Shown here: one piece after another, positions 10,873-22,574 of the stretch
Layout of the letters: every line of letters begins with the position of its first letter
Numbering within the stretch: the first letter of the stretch is position 1
From: Octopus vulgaris
Taxonomy: Eukaryota
Length of the DNA: 64,000 bases
Direction: 5' to 3'
NCBI GenBank assembly: GCA_951406725.2
Contig: OX597816.1
Coordinates: forward strand, 113,398,001-113,462,000
Translations under genes and position numbers: made by a program
The notes under the pieces: generated by a model
Told to the model about the DNA's origin: nothing
Database searches by the model: none
What the model saw: only the letters and a program-made list of their open reading frames with translations

Positions 10873-11257
10873 GGCGCAGGAGTGGCTGTGTGGTAAGTAG
10901 CTTGCTTACCAACCATATGGTTCCGGGTTCAGTAATACTGCGTGGCACTTTGGGCAAGTGTCTTCTACTATAGCCTCGAGCCGACCAAAGCCTTGTGAGT
11001 GGATTTGGTAGACGGAAACTGAAAGAATCCCGTCGTATATATGTATATATATATGTGCGTGTATGTTTGTGTATCTGTGTTTGTCCCCCCAACATCGCTT
11101 GACAACCGATGCTGGTGTGTTTACGGCCCCGTCACTTAGTGGTTGGGCAAAAGAGACCAACTGGGCTTACAAAGAATAAGTCCCGGGGGCCGAGTTGCTC
11201 GATTAAAGGCGGTGCTCCAACATGGCCGCAGTCAAATGACTGAAACAAGTAAAAGAG
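10873..11257 (+). mobile_element. Octopus-type tRNA-derived SINE, near full length
   Basis: ggcgcaggagtggctgtgtggtaag...ggttcagt head, internal (TA/TG)n and a gactgaaacaagtaaaagag end; many copies in this window. Confidence 0.9.
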
Positions 11258-11315
11258 TATGTATGTATGTATGTATATATAAAAGTATATATATGTATGT
11301 ATATATATATGTTTG

Positions 11316-11355
<40 letters not shown>

Positions 11356-11356
<1 letters not shown>

Positions 11357-11518
11357 GACGGGCTTCTTTCAGTTTCTGTCTATCAAATCCACTCATAAGG
11401 CTTTGGTCAGCCTGAGGCTATCATAGAAGACATTTGCCCAAGGTGCCACGCAGTGAGACTGAACCCAGAACCATGCGGCTGGTAAGCAGGCTACTTACCA
11501 CACAGCCACACCTGCTCC
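11356..11518 (-). mobile_element. Same SINE family, 5' half, inverted
   Basis: Diverged reverse complement of about 10873-11036. Confidence 0.9.
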
Positions 11519-11523
11519 TATTA

Positions 11524-11566
<43 letters not shown>

Positions 11567-11648
11567 GTATATATGTATGTATATATGTATGTATGTATGT
11601 ATATATGTATGTGTATGTATATATGTATGTGTATATGGAAAATAGGGT

Positions 11649-12492
11649 CGGTGCCAGAACCATAAACAACTGGAACGTTTCCATCAGATTTGCCTCAGAT
11701 GGATCTATGGCATTAAGTGGAAGGACCGCATCAGTGATCTTGAAATATTGGAAGGCTCTTGGTGTGAAAGTATAGAAGCTCTTGTGTTAAAGCAAAGGCT
11801 CAGATGGAGTTGTCATCTGGTCAGGATGAAGGATTCAAGGATGCCAAAACAACTCTTTTATGGAGAGTTAGCTAAAGGAGAATGACCTCCACATAAACCA
11901 AAAAAGAGGTATAAGGACTTGCTGAAGGCTTCCTTAGGAGATGCTTGCATCTCTCCTGACACATGGGAAGGCATAGCTATTGATCGTAGCAGGTGGAGAA
12001 GGATGGTGCATGAGGGGACAGCCACTTTTGAGAAATCTCGAGTTGCACATGAGAAAGTAAGGAGGGATGTCAGGAAGAGCATCACTATTACACTTCCAGA
12101 AGGGAAGGGTCTTCCTTTGATGCTGACATGCAATGTCTGTGCAAGACCCTGCCTCAGTAAAGCTGGACTCAAGAGTCATCTTCGTAGTCATAAATCAAGA
12201 CAGATGAGTGACAACCTGGCCACTGTTGGTGGTGGAACACACCATACTAATCATATCTGCCGGGTATGTGGAAGAGAGTGTAATTCGGCAGGAGGACTTA
12301 AACAACATGCAAAGGTACATGAAGCCCAGTTACAACTACAGCCGGCTATTACTGGTAAAAGTTTTAGTTGCCAATTTTGTACAAGACATTGTAGATAATT
12401 AGCTGGGCTAAAAAGTCACATTCGATCACAGCACCAGTAACAGTTAAGCTTCATGCAATGGCCATACTCGATAACGAGGGGGCAGCCATAAT
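11649..12492 (+). mobile_element. 5'-truncated RTE-clade LINE 3' end with three C-terminal C2H2 fingers
   Basis: LERFHQICLR.I.GIKWKDRI...RLRWSCHLVRMKDSRMPKQLFYGEL...KKRYKDLLKASL...DRSRWRRMV, followed by three CxxC...HxxxH fingers; contains in-frame stops. Confidence 0.9.
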
Positions 12493-12589
12493 GTGTGTGT
12501 ATAATATGTATGTATGTATTTATATATATGTATATATAAGGTACTTGAGGACATACCTTTTTTGGGTCAATGCTGCATTTTTTCTAACT

Positions 12590-13420
12590 CTGTCATACTG
12601 TTATTGTGGTTATAAAGGCTGAACATAGTGATCTATAAATATCTTGAATTTTAAAAGTTGCTAGAAGTTTCATCTACAAAGCTAAAGACTATGGAAAAGT
12701 ATCACCAGTATCAAAGCATAAAAAGCATTCTAAACACTCTGAAATCATCAGAACACCTGAATTTATCCAGTAAGTTTAACAGACATTGATTACAATCCCA
12801 GAAAGTCCATGAGGTCAATTGCAAAAGATCACCATGTGTCAGAAGGAACAGTCAGAAATGTTGTCCACGAAGACATCAGATGGAAGTCATATATGATGAG
12901 GAAAGGTCAATTTGTCAGAAAAGCAAAAGAAAATCACTACATCAGATCTAAAAGGCTCTTAAACAAACTGAAAAATCCAGCAGATTTGATTTGGTTTTTC
13001 TCAAATGAGAAAAGCTATGACCAAGAACAAAAAGTTAACAGAAGAATTGACAGATGGTTATGTGCAGACCCTTTTGAAGTTCCAAGTGTTATGCATACAA
13101 AATTTCCTCCAACTGTCATGATTTTAGGGGTTGTCAACAATGAAGGACATGTGATGCCTCTTTACGTCTTTCCACAAGGCCTTAATGTTAACTCTGCCAG
13201 CTACATTGAGGTCCTGGAAATAATTGTTAAGCTCTGGATAGGCAGTGTATGCAACGGAAGGCCATATGTGTTTCAGTAAGACTCTGCACTATCACACATG
13301 GCTGAAGTAACACAGGAATGGATGGTTGAAAATTTTCATGATCACATAACACCTAACATTTAGCCTCCTAATTTCCCAGATCTCAATCCATTGGACTATT
13401 ACATGTGGAGCATTGTTGCC
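12590..13420 (+). mobile_element. Tc1/mariner superfamily (maT/DD37D-like) transposase relic
   Basis: WFFSNEK...VMILGVV..EG.VMP...PYVFQ*DSA.SH...PPNFPDLNPLDYYMW, with stops. Confidence 0.85.
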
Positions 13421-14939
13421 ATTGAGTAGATTACTAGAACTTTGGCTACTATGACTAAACTTGGGTTGAATACGGGATTGATTTCCCACTGCCTTCTCCA
13501 AGCTGGTGGGATTTGAACTTAGAATGTAGAGAGCTGGAATATATGTCATGAAGCATTTCTGCTGACATGCCAAATAATTTTGCCACCCTTCCACCCACAG
13601 AGCAACATGAAAGGAAGTGTTTTGCTCAAGAACACAATGCACCACCCAGTCCAGCAATCAAACCCGCAATTTAGCAGTCATAAGTGCAACACCCTAATCA
13701 CTAGGCCACGCACCTTCACACACACGTTAATTAGATGGAAATACATTTTTGAGTTATTTTTATGTTTAATTCTATATTTACAATTTTATAATACATGCAC
13801 TGCATATACCTCAAGGTGGAAAAATCCTGGCATCTGTTAGTAGTTAAGGGAGGCTGTGAAGAAAATATAACATCTTTATAGAGAATAAAGGAGATTGAAT
13901 TGAAGCAAGATCTTGATTACAGAAAAGTTTCTTAAAATTTCAATGTGGTATCTGATGATATAATCAGTGCCAAATCTTTCTAAGATAGTTTAATGATTTG
14001 TTTAACTTTATGGAAAAGATTTAAAAAAAAAAAAAATAATAAAAAAAATAATTAATAAAGGTACATATTTGTATGTAGTGATTCACAGGGACACAAAAGG
14101 TATTTCAAGGATTCCCCAAGCGTAAAAAAATGGTTGAGAAATTCTGATCTAGATTAGAATTTATTATTATATCAATATGAACTAACATTTTTAGCAGCTC
14201 TCTGTTGTTACATGTATTGCTATATCATATATAGCAATGTTTAATGTATTGCTATATCATATATGTGTATGTCTTAATTTATAAACAAAATATCAACGTT
14301 GAAAGAGGAATTTAAAAAATAACATGGAACACAAAAACGGATAATATTTTTTAATGATTTCAGAAATGTTTTCAGAATAATTTTGAACATTTTCATCTAA
14401 TAGGTTTCTTCTACTATATTGATTCTTTAATATTTGTGTAGATAATACACAATCACAGCAATAACAATGAAAATTACTTATATATTTCTTTCATCAGAAA
14501 CTGTTTCATAGATATTATTGAAAATGGATTGTATTAAAGCTCCTGCAAAGCTAAGCAGGCTTTATATGTATGTGTGCATGCATGTATATGTGTGTGTATG
14601 GGTTTATATTCTCATATATGTATGTACATATGTATATATATATATATATATGGATGTATACAAATATAAATATATCTGTTTACACCCTCACACACATCAT
14701 CATCATCATCATCAACACTTACTGCCCACTTGGCATGCTAGCACGTGTTGGATGGTTTGATTGGAGCTGGCTAGGTAGAAGATTGCATCATGCTTCACTG
14801 TCTGTTTCGGCATAGTTTTTACAGCTGGATGCCATTTCTAACACCAACCACTCCACAGAGTAAATTGTGTGTGTGTGTGTATAAAACTTACTTGGAAGAG
14901 GATGCATGGTGTTCAATTATATGATATAAATGATATATA

Positions 14940-15438
14940 TATATATGCATATATACGTACGTATATGTACATACCTACATCTATACATATATATATATAA
15001 GCATACATGGGCACAGGACGTCATAAAACATGTACAACAAAAATATACGAAGTATGAGTACATGGAACATAAACTATTCTTTCAGACAATGAAAGACACA
15101 AACAGGTAGGGCTGCTAAGCCTAAACAAGGTTGTGGTGGCGAACGTGTAAATCAAGCGTGGACAGGAGACAAAGAAAAACATGTCTTCCTTGTTCCAGAT
15201 ACAACGTGAGACTAGAAAAACAACCAACAACTGATGAAGGGTCGTTCTTTATGTTGTTTGTTTTGTTTTCTATTTGTGTCTTTTGTTGTTTGAAAGAATA
15301 GTTCATGTTCCATGTACTCGTGCTTTGTAATTTTTGTTCTACTTGTTGTATGACGTCCTGTGCCCATGTATGCTTCTATATATATGTATAGATGTAGGTA
15401 TGTACATATAAGTATGTATACATGCATATATATATATA
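14940..15438. repeat. Inverted repeat (arms about 14940-15103 and 15273-15438), probably Penelope-type, with a truncated CTGATGAAGG in the spacer
   Basis: gcatacatgggcacaggacgtcata pairs with tatgacgtcctgtgcccatgtatgc; gagtacatggaacat pairs with atgttccatgtactc. Confidence 0.8.
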
Positions 15439-16494
15439 TATACACACACGCAATGTATGTATGTGTGTGTGTGAGTACATATATAAGTGTATACTAGATA
15501 TTCAATGACAATTGTAAGTGATGTTGAAGTTTATAAATGCAGTCACTTTACCAGTCTAAAGTCTCTAGTTCGTCAGAATCAGTTACAATGGGGTGGTCTT
15601 TGTCATGAGGATGGATGATAATTGAATCCCCAAGCAATTCATATATAGTGAGCTAACCCTGGATAAAATTCCCTGAAAGTAGAATAGGCACATGCTAAAC
15701 ACTGACAACCCCTCTTGTCCCTCTCTGAGAACCACTTTAATTCCTCATTGTCATTCTCCAGCCATGCTCTCTCTCCTCTGCTAAACTCCATCCTCAGAAC
15801 AACTCCCATTCCTCACTATCTTCCTCCAGCCATGCTCTCTCTCCTCTCAGCTATGCTCCATCCATCCATCCATCTCTTTCATCTATCTTAATGCCCTCAC
15901 ATATCTAACATATACCCTCCCTTTGAGCCCCTCCTTTACCTCTCACCTTCAATTACTACAGCTATTTCTGTCTCATCAAACCATCTCCCCTCACATTCTT
16001 ATGAAAATTTCCCCTCTATCACTTCACCTGTACCCACCACTCCCCATGCTCTGAGGTTGTATCCTGACCTATCTACCTATATCTCTCTTACTCTTCCTAT
16101 TTCTATCTATCTCTCTAAGTTTTCTTCTTCCTTCTGCAACTGGGATATCCTTGTATCTCTTCTACAGCAAGACTCCTATCTGTATCCCTCTATTATTCTT
16201 TAAACTTCTCATCAACTGGTATAAAGCCACCTCCCTCAATACTAATACCTCCAGTTAAGAGGACTTTGTCTTGCCTTGCATGGTACTTGGTGACCCTGCC
16301 AGTGCTAGTGCCAGGAAAAATAAATCACTCAGCATTCTCTGTAAAGTGGTTGACATTAGGAACAGCATCCAGCCATAGAAGCTATGCCACAACAGACAAC
16401 AGAACTTGGCATAGCCCTCTGGCTTGCCAACTCTTGTCAAACCATCCAACCTACACCTGCATGGAAAATGGATGTTAAGTGATGATGATGATGA

Positions 16495-17092
16495 GTTAGC
16501 CCTGGGTAAAAGACCAGCACACAAACTGGAACTAAGGTAGAAGGACAGCAAGAAGAATGTATTGGAGAAGGTGAAGATCTTTGAAAATGGATGGGGAGTT
16601 GGGAAACCTTGCTCTAGATCATTCACCATGGAGGATAACACTGTATAATGTGAGGAGAAAATTCAAACAAAATTGTATTGAGCATGGACATCTCAAGAGA
16701 GATGTTTGCAAGGATCTTGATGTGAGTTTGCTTGAGAATGTTGGCACACAGCTCAATTCAACAAGTGTCAGCATGTCTGTTTAAGTGAGACTGGCTTTAG
16801 AAGTCATCATTGGAGTTACACATACAGAGAAGTTGTTAACTAGGCATTATACAGCATTTCTACTTGAAGGAGTATGGAAAAGAATGTGTGTCAAGAGATG
16901 ATCTGAAACATCATATGAAAGTTCATGAAAATGATACTAGAACATCTACTACAAGAGGTGTCCATCATTGCTATATCTATACAAAAGAGTGTAAATCCCT
17001 TGCAAGTCCGAAAAGCCACATCTGTGCTGCACATTTTTTTAAAGAGAATAATTAAGTGATGATAGTACTCAAAATTGAATTGCAGTCATCAT
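16495..17092 (+). mobile_element. Older relic of a zinc-finger-tailed RTE element
   Basis: Decayed WETLALDHSPWR..., KECVSRDDLKHHMKVH and HCYIYTKECKSLASPKSHICAAH; 3' tail similar to 12460-12492. Confidence 0.65.
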
Positions 17093-18917
17093 ATATATAT
17101 ATATATATATATACATATAAATATATATATTATGTGTATATATATGTAAATGTATGTGTATGTATATGCCAATCCTATCTGTGGTATGTAGGCAGAGATA
17201 ACTGTCACTGTTAAGTTGCATATAACTAGTCTCATTGCACACCTTGTCTACCTCAGTTACTTTATCCATTTCTCAACTAACAGTATGCCTACTCCAGTCC
17301 TGATCTCCCTATTACTCATTCAAAACAATTTCTGTTCTTGCTTGTCTGTGAGGAGTTTTGGTTGAGGATCTTTCTATCTTACCTCTTGTACACAGCACTC
17401 ATCCACTTGTTTCTGCTCCAGTATTTCCACAATCTCACTAGACCTACCCTTCATCATGCCTGTATTTCTGGCTGTGGCACTAAAGTTATGGAATTTACAG
17501 GAAGTGGGCGAGGAGTGTATCTCTCTAGTGGAAAGACTGTTTGTTTTTGGTTCATTGCTGCTTGAAGATATCTGTACCTGTGAAGAATAAGAAAAGTTAT
17601 GTTTTGGTTTGCTAGCAGTTGTGCTTTGGCAGATTTATGCACATTATCATATTTGTCCTTTCATTTAATTTGCTATCATTCAATCGTTTATTCCTTTTAG
17701 AACACTTGTTGCATATTCTAAAATAAGTGCTGCTTGCAACTGTTATCATCAGCATTATTGTTTAACATCTGCTTTCCACATTGGCATGTGTTTGATGGTT
17801 TAACAGGAGCTGGCCTGCTGGAGAGCTGTCCAGACTCAAATTGTTTGTTTTGGCATGGTTTTTACAGCTGGATCCACTTTCTAACTACCAACCACTTTAC
17901 AGAGTATGCTTGGTGCTTTTTACATGCCACTAACATGGGTGTGTATGTATAGCACCAGCACAAGTGCATCATATGTGACACTGGCACCTACAAAACAAAG
18001 ACCTCTCAGCTGGGACAGGGAGTGGAGGCATGGCCATAAAGGACATGCCTGTATGTATGGATGGCTGAAGTAAGTATTCCTAATATCATTAGCATTACTG
18101 ATGTTATGCATATTTGCTTTGATGTCTTATTCATTTTGCAACCTTTGGCAGAATGCTGATAGGAGACAGGGAAGTGGTACCTGGTACACAAAGAATATAA
18201 TATATAGGAGAAACAGTTACAGAAGTGGGAGGTTGAGGATTTTATGTATCAGGGAGAGAAAAAGGAAGATTTTAAGTATGGTAGAGGGGGTGGGATTGCT
18301 GAGTGTATCATGCATAAGTGAGCCCCAAACTTTCATGACAGAAAAAAATATAGATTATGGGGTAACTTTAAAATAGTGAATGGATGTGACAAAATTAAAG
18401 ATATGAAAACCATAAAATGATGCCTTCTTATCTTAGCAAGTACATAGATGAGTGTGTGTGTGTGTGTGTGTGTGATTAACTTGCTGTTAACCTTTATTTG
18501 AGCTTTTCACTGGGTTTGTAAAAACTCAGGTTAGTAAACGTAATAAATGTTTTTATGTCTATAGAAAAATATTTGTCATGATTTCTTCCATTAAACTCTT
18601 TCAACATACAAAGTATTCTTTCTATAAATAACAACTTCAAACATCAATTTTACTTCTCATTTTAAGATGATGCAAGTTTTACTAAGAATTCAGTCTCACT
18701 GATAACTGCTTTATGCATGTACATAGAGAGCTAATGCCATGCAACACGTGCACACATGCACACATACATACACACACATGCACATGCATGCAAGCGCACC
18801 CCCACACACTTAAACTTTAGTAATAGTGGGATACTAACTTGATGATTTAATCCATGTTGAACATTTCTGATAAACTGATTAATAAACTATCATGGTATTA
18901 TTACAATTAAATTACAG

Positions 18918-19021
18918 GGTATTTTTAAATATGGTGAATTTGCTGAATTTATATTTTTGACATGTGAAAAGTTCAAACTTTCTGATGAAGTTCGTTATCT
19001 TGCAGTAGAATTATTTGACAG
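18918..19021 (+). CDS. CNTD1: CNTD1 coding exon 2 (GIFKYGEFAEFIFLTCEKFKLSDEVRYLAVELFD-R)
   Basis: attacag acceptor and gtatgt donor; 104 nt, phase 0 to 2. Cyclin-box helix 'YLAVELFDR' matches CNTD1 'YQAVEILER'. Confidence 0.92.
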
Positions 19022-19351
19022 GTATGTTTATTATATTATTGACTTTTTATTCTTGATACAATGGTAGAATGGCAGGAATGATAGAATGCTAGACTAAATG
19101 CCTTAGAGTTTAATCATATTTAAAGTAGTGAGCGTTAAAAAGCTAATTAAAAATAACTATGTAACAAGAACATTACTTTGCTCTCCAAGTTAAGACACCC
19201 AGTGGAGTCATATTTCTCCAGTCATGTACAAGGATCAGCTCAATTGATGATCCTCCATGTCAAAGAATCTGTGAACTTATAATCAATGTGCAAAAACATT
19301 ATTTATTGAACACTAAATAATTGTCAAATATGCAAATCATGTTTTGATTGA

Positions 19352-19660
19352 AGAAATTATTTCTGGTTATGTATGCTGTTTATATTGGTCAGATTGGTGT
19401 CCTCATCTTGATTCTTGCTCTCACTAGATTTTGACTGAAGTACACTCCAGATTTCTTCAGGTATCTTGTGTTGAATTCATTTGTTGTATCAAGATTTTTT
19501 GAATCTATAACTTGGTTGTTGTATTAGAATTTTGAGCACAAGACACCTGAAGAAGTCTGGGGCATACAAAAGCCAAAATGTAGTGAAAGCAACAATCAAG
19601 ATGAGGATACCAATCCAACTGATATAAATGATATACATAATATAAGTTCCTTATTTCAGA
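19352..19660. mobile_element. Inverted pair of Penelope-type terminal repeats, each with a decayed hammerhead motif
   Basis: Left arm (minus strand) CUGAAGAA-AUCUG...CAGUC-AAAAUCUAGUG; right arm CUGAAGAA-GUCUG...AAGCC-AAAAUGUAGUG. Both run into caagatgagga, as in the 59650-59750 copy. Confidence 0.65.
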
Positions 19661-19861
19661 TATATAGAATTGTATTATTTTTAGTTATCTATATTCTACA
19701 TCATGATTTGTGAATGATAGCTTTGTTGGTTAGAATACAGATTTCCAGTTGACTAATCACTGGTTTGCAACACTGATAAGGGATTATCACTTGATAATTT
19801 GATTTCTTGCTAATGTTTTTAATTTACTGATATACATTGGTGAAAGGTATACACATATATG

Positions 19862-20280
19862 GGTGCAGGTGTAGCTGTCTGGTAAGATGCTTGCTTCCCA
19901 ACCACATGGCTCTGAGTTCAGTCCCACTGCATAGCACCTGGGGCAAAGTGTCTTCTACTATAGCCTTGAGCTGTCCAAAGCCTTGTGAATGGATTTGGCA
20001 GGCGGAAACTGAAAAAAGCCCATTTATATATAAATCTATATATAAATATCTATGCCTGTGTGTCGTTGTATCAGTGTTTGTCTCCCACTACCACTTGACA
20101 AATGGTGTTGGTTTGTTTACATCCCTGTTACTTAGCAGTTCAGCAAAAACGACCAATAAAATAAGTACCAAGCTTAAGTTAAAAAAAGTGCTGGGGTCAA
20201 TTCATTTGATAAAAAAAATCTTCAAGGCAGTGCTCCAGCATGGTCGCAGTTTAATGACTGAAACAAGTAAAAAGATAAAA
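19862..20280 (+). mobile_element. Octopus-type SINE
   Basis: Homologous to 10873-11257. Confidence 0.85.
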
Positions 20281-20635
20281 GATACATGCATGTGTGCATG
20301 CATACACACACACAAACACACACACACTCACACACACACATGGTGGTTGTCTGCTCCTTGCAGATCTTGACTTCTTGTTGCTATAATTGATCTTTCCTAG
20401 AGTGAGGTCTTAGATGACATTCGAACCCTGCAACAATGTTTCATTTCAGTATTTGCCCCATTTTATGCTTGTTTATTATGAATGTTCAATTGTTGCTTCA
20501 ATTCTCTATGTGATTTGCAGGTTTTTTTGACAGAGATTGCATCGAAACTAGTCATCTGGAATGAAATTCCAATAGTTCATGTATGTCTCACCAACGTGGT
20601 CATGCTGGTGTGATCTCATACTAGCATGTGATATC

Positions 20636-20743
20636 CTTTTATTCTTTCACTTGTTTCAGTCATTTGACTGCAGCCATGCTGGAGCACTAAACAAATCGAC
20701 CCCAGAACAGCTATGGGGATGTAAACACACTACCATATACACT

Positions 20744-20783
<40 letters not shown>

Positions 20784-20953
20784 TATATATATGATGGTCT
20801 TCTTTCAGTTTCCGCCTACCAAATCCACTCACACGGCTTTGGTCAGCTTGAGGCTATAGTAGAAGACTCTTGCTCAAGGTGCCACGCAGTGGGACTGAAC
20901 CCAGAACCATGTGGTTGAGAAGCAAGCTTCTTACCAGACAGCCACTTCTGTAT
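20636..20953 (-). mobile_element. Octopus-type SINE (inverted, internally deleted)
   Basis: Reverse-complement homology to 10873-11257. Confidence 0.85.
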
Positions 20954-22408
20954 CTATACATACTTTTGTGTGTAAGGAACATTTAAAGAAGCAATGAGAA
21001 TTTCTTGCTTATGTACCCCCCCCATACACACACACAGCAGGCCTCCACACAGTTTTTATCTACTAATTTCCATTTATCCAGTACTGGTCAACCCCAAGAT
21101 TTCATTGAAGACACTTACACATAGTGCTGGACAGTGGGATTGGACCTGAAACCATTTGGTTGTGGAGCTTACTTCTAAATGTATGCTATGTTTGCACTCA
21201 TACAAAAATAAAACCAAGTTATAAAGGGCTTTTTAAAAAAAATTATGTTTGAATTGCATGACTATGATTGTTAAATTCCTTGCTCAGAAGAGAACTATAA
21301 TACAATTAGAAATATACAAACCTATGAGCCAATTTTATTTATTTTTTTGTTTTGTTAGAAGAGTCCATGGTTCCATACAGCCTTTAGTTCTAATGAAATG
21401 GAAAATGGTTTACCTCAAAAGTTTAGCAAAAAATGTAGGTTAGATTTCTTTCTAACAACACAAAAACATTAGAAGCTTGATATTTACTGAGAAGACAAGG
21501 GAGAATTTGGCTGGAGGGGCAGGCAAGATTGAGTAGTGTGTATAGAAGAATAGAGGAAATATAGCATAAAGCAAGTTGACTATAGGCTAATACTACAATG
21601 GTAGAAGATAAATCAGGTGAAGGAGAATAATGTTGTTTATAATGAAGAGCTTGTCTGTCCTGTTTTGTATGCAGTCAGTCACTTCTTTGGTAAAAATGTT
21701 TCATTCTCTTTGATAAGGTAGTAGTAATATACAGGAGACTTTGTAATTAATGGTAATGATGATGATGAGGGTGATTTAGGCATGAGGCCGGCAATTTTGA
21801 GATTGAGAGGAGGAACTAGATATTACCATCAATCCCAAGTACATAAAATACCAGTTAAGCATTAAGTACAAGGGTTAATGGTATGGACTTAACCCTCACC
21901 ACTCAAAATTGCTGGCCTCATGCCTAAATTCAAAATGATTATAATTATTGTTGTTGTTTGGATTGGCAGAGTCATTAGAGCATAGGAAGAAATACCGTGC
22001 AGTATTTATTTTGACACTCTCTGTTCTCGGTTCAAACCCCACTGAGGCTATCATTGCCTTTCTTTCTACTGGGCTCAATGAAATGAAGTATCAGTCAGGT
22101 ATTAAGGTGTGATTTAATCAACTAGCAGCTCCTTCTAAGTTTCAGGCCTTGTACTTGAATTAGAAATGATTATTAACAACAACAGCAACAACAATAATTA
22201 TTGTGCAAACAAAAATTATACTTTTAATAGGTGTGCAATAACTGTAAAGCATCACTAAAAAAAAATGTAATAAGAAGACATTTTTAATGTTATCACAAAT
22301 ATTTCTGATATTAAATATATATTGTTTGTATTTGATGATGATATATAGTTTGGTTTTCTTACATGAAAATGTAAATACCTTAAAAGAAGCCAATAATCAC
22401 CATTCCAG

Positions 22409-22574
22409 ATTTATGAATAAACACACTGAAGAACTTTATCAGCATATTCTTACTTCAATAAAGAACAAAAAGAAAAAATATTGGCATATTGTTCAAGAAC
22501 GAATGCAGAAACAAATCCTACTGAGAATATCGTCCTGCTGTCAAATAGCTAGTAAATTAACATCACACTACAAA
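22409..22574 (+). CDS. CNTD1: CNTD1 coding exon 3 (FMNKHTEELYQHILTSIKNKKKKYWHIVQERMQKQILLRISSCCQIASKLTSHYK)
   Basis: ttccag acceptor and gtaaga donor; 166 nt, phase 2 to 0. 'LLRISSCCQIASKL' matches CNTD1 'TLRLVSCVQLASKL'. Confidence 0.93.

Noticed and set aside
4551-11684. Many ORFs rich in YIYI, CMYV or HTHT (also 56748-58977)
   Set aside because: They are translations of stop-free (TA)n, (CATA)n, (CATG)n and (CA)n microsatellites, not genes.
11919-12398. Host C2H2 zinc-finger gene
   Set aside because: Contiguous with an RTE RT C-terminus, contains stops and has a LINE tail; it is retroelement sequence.
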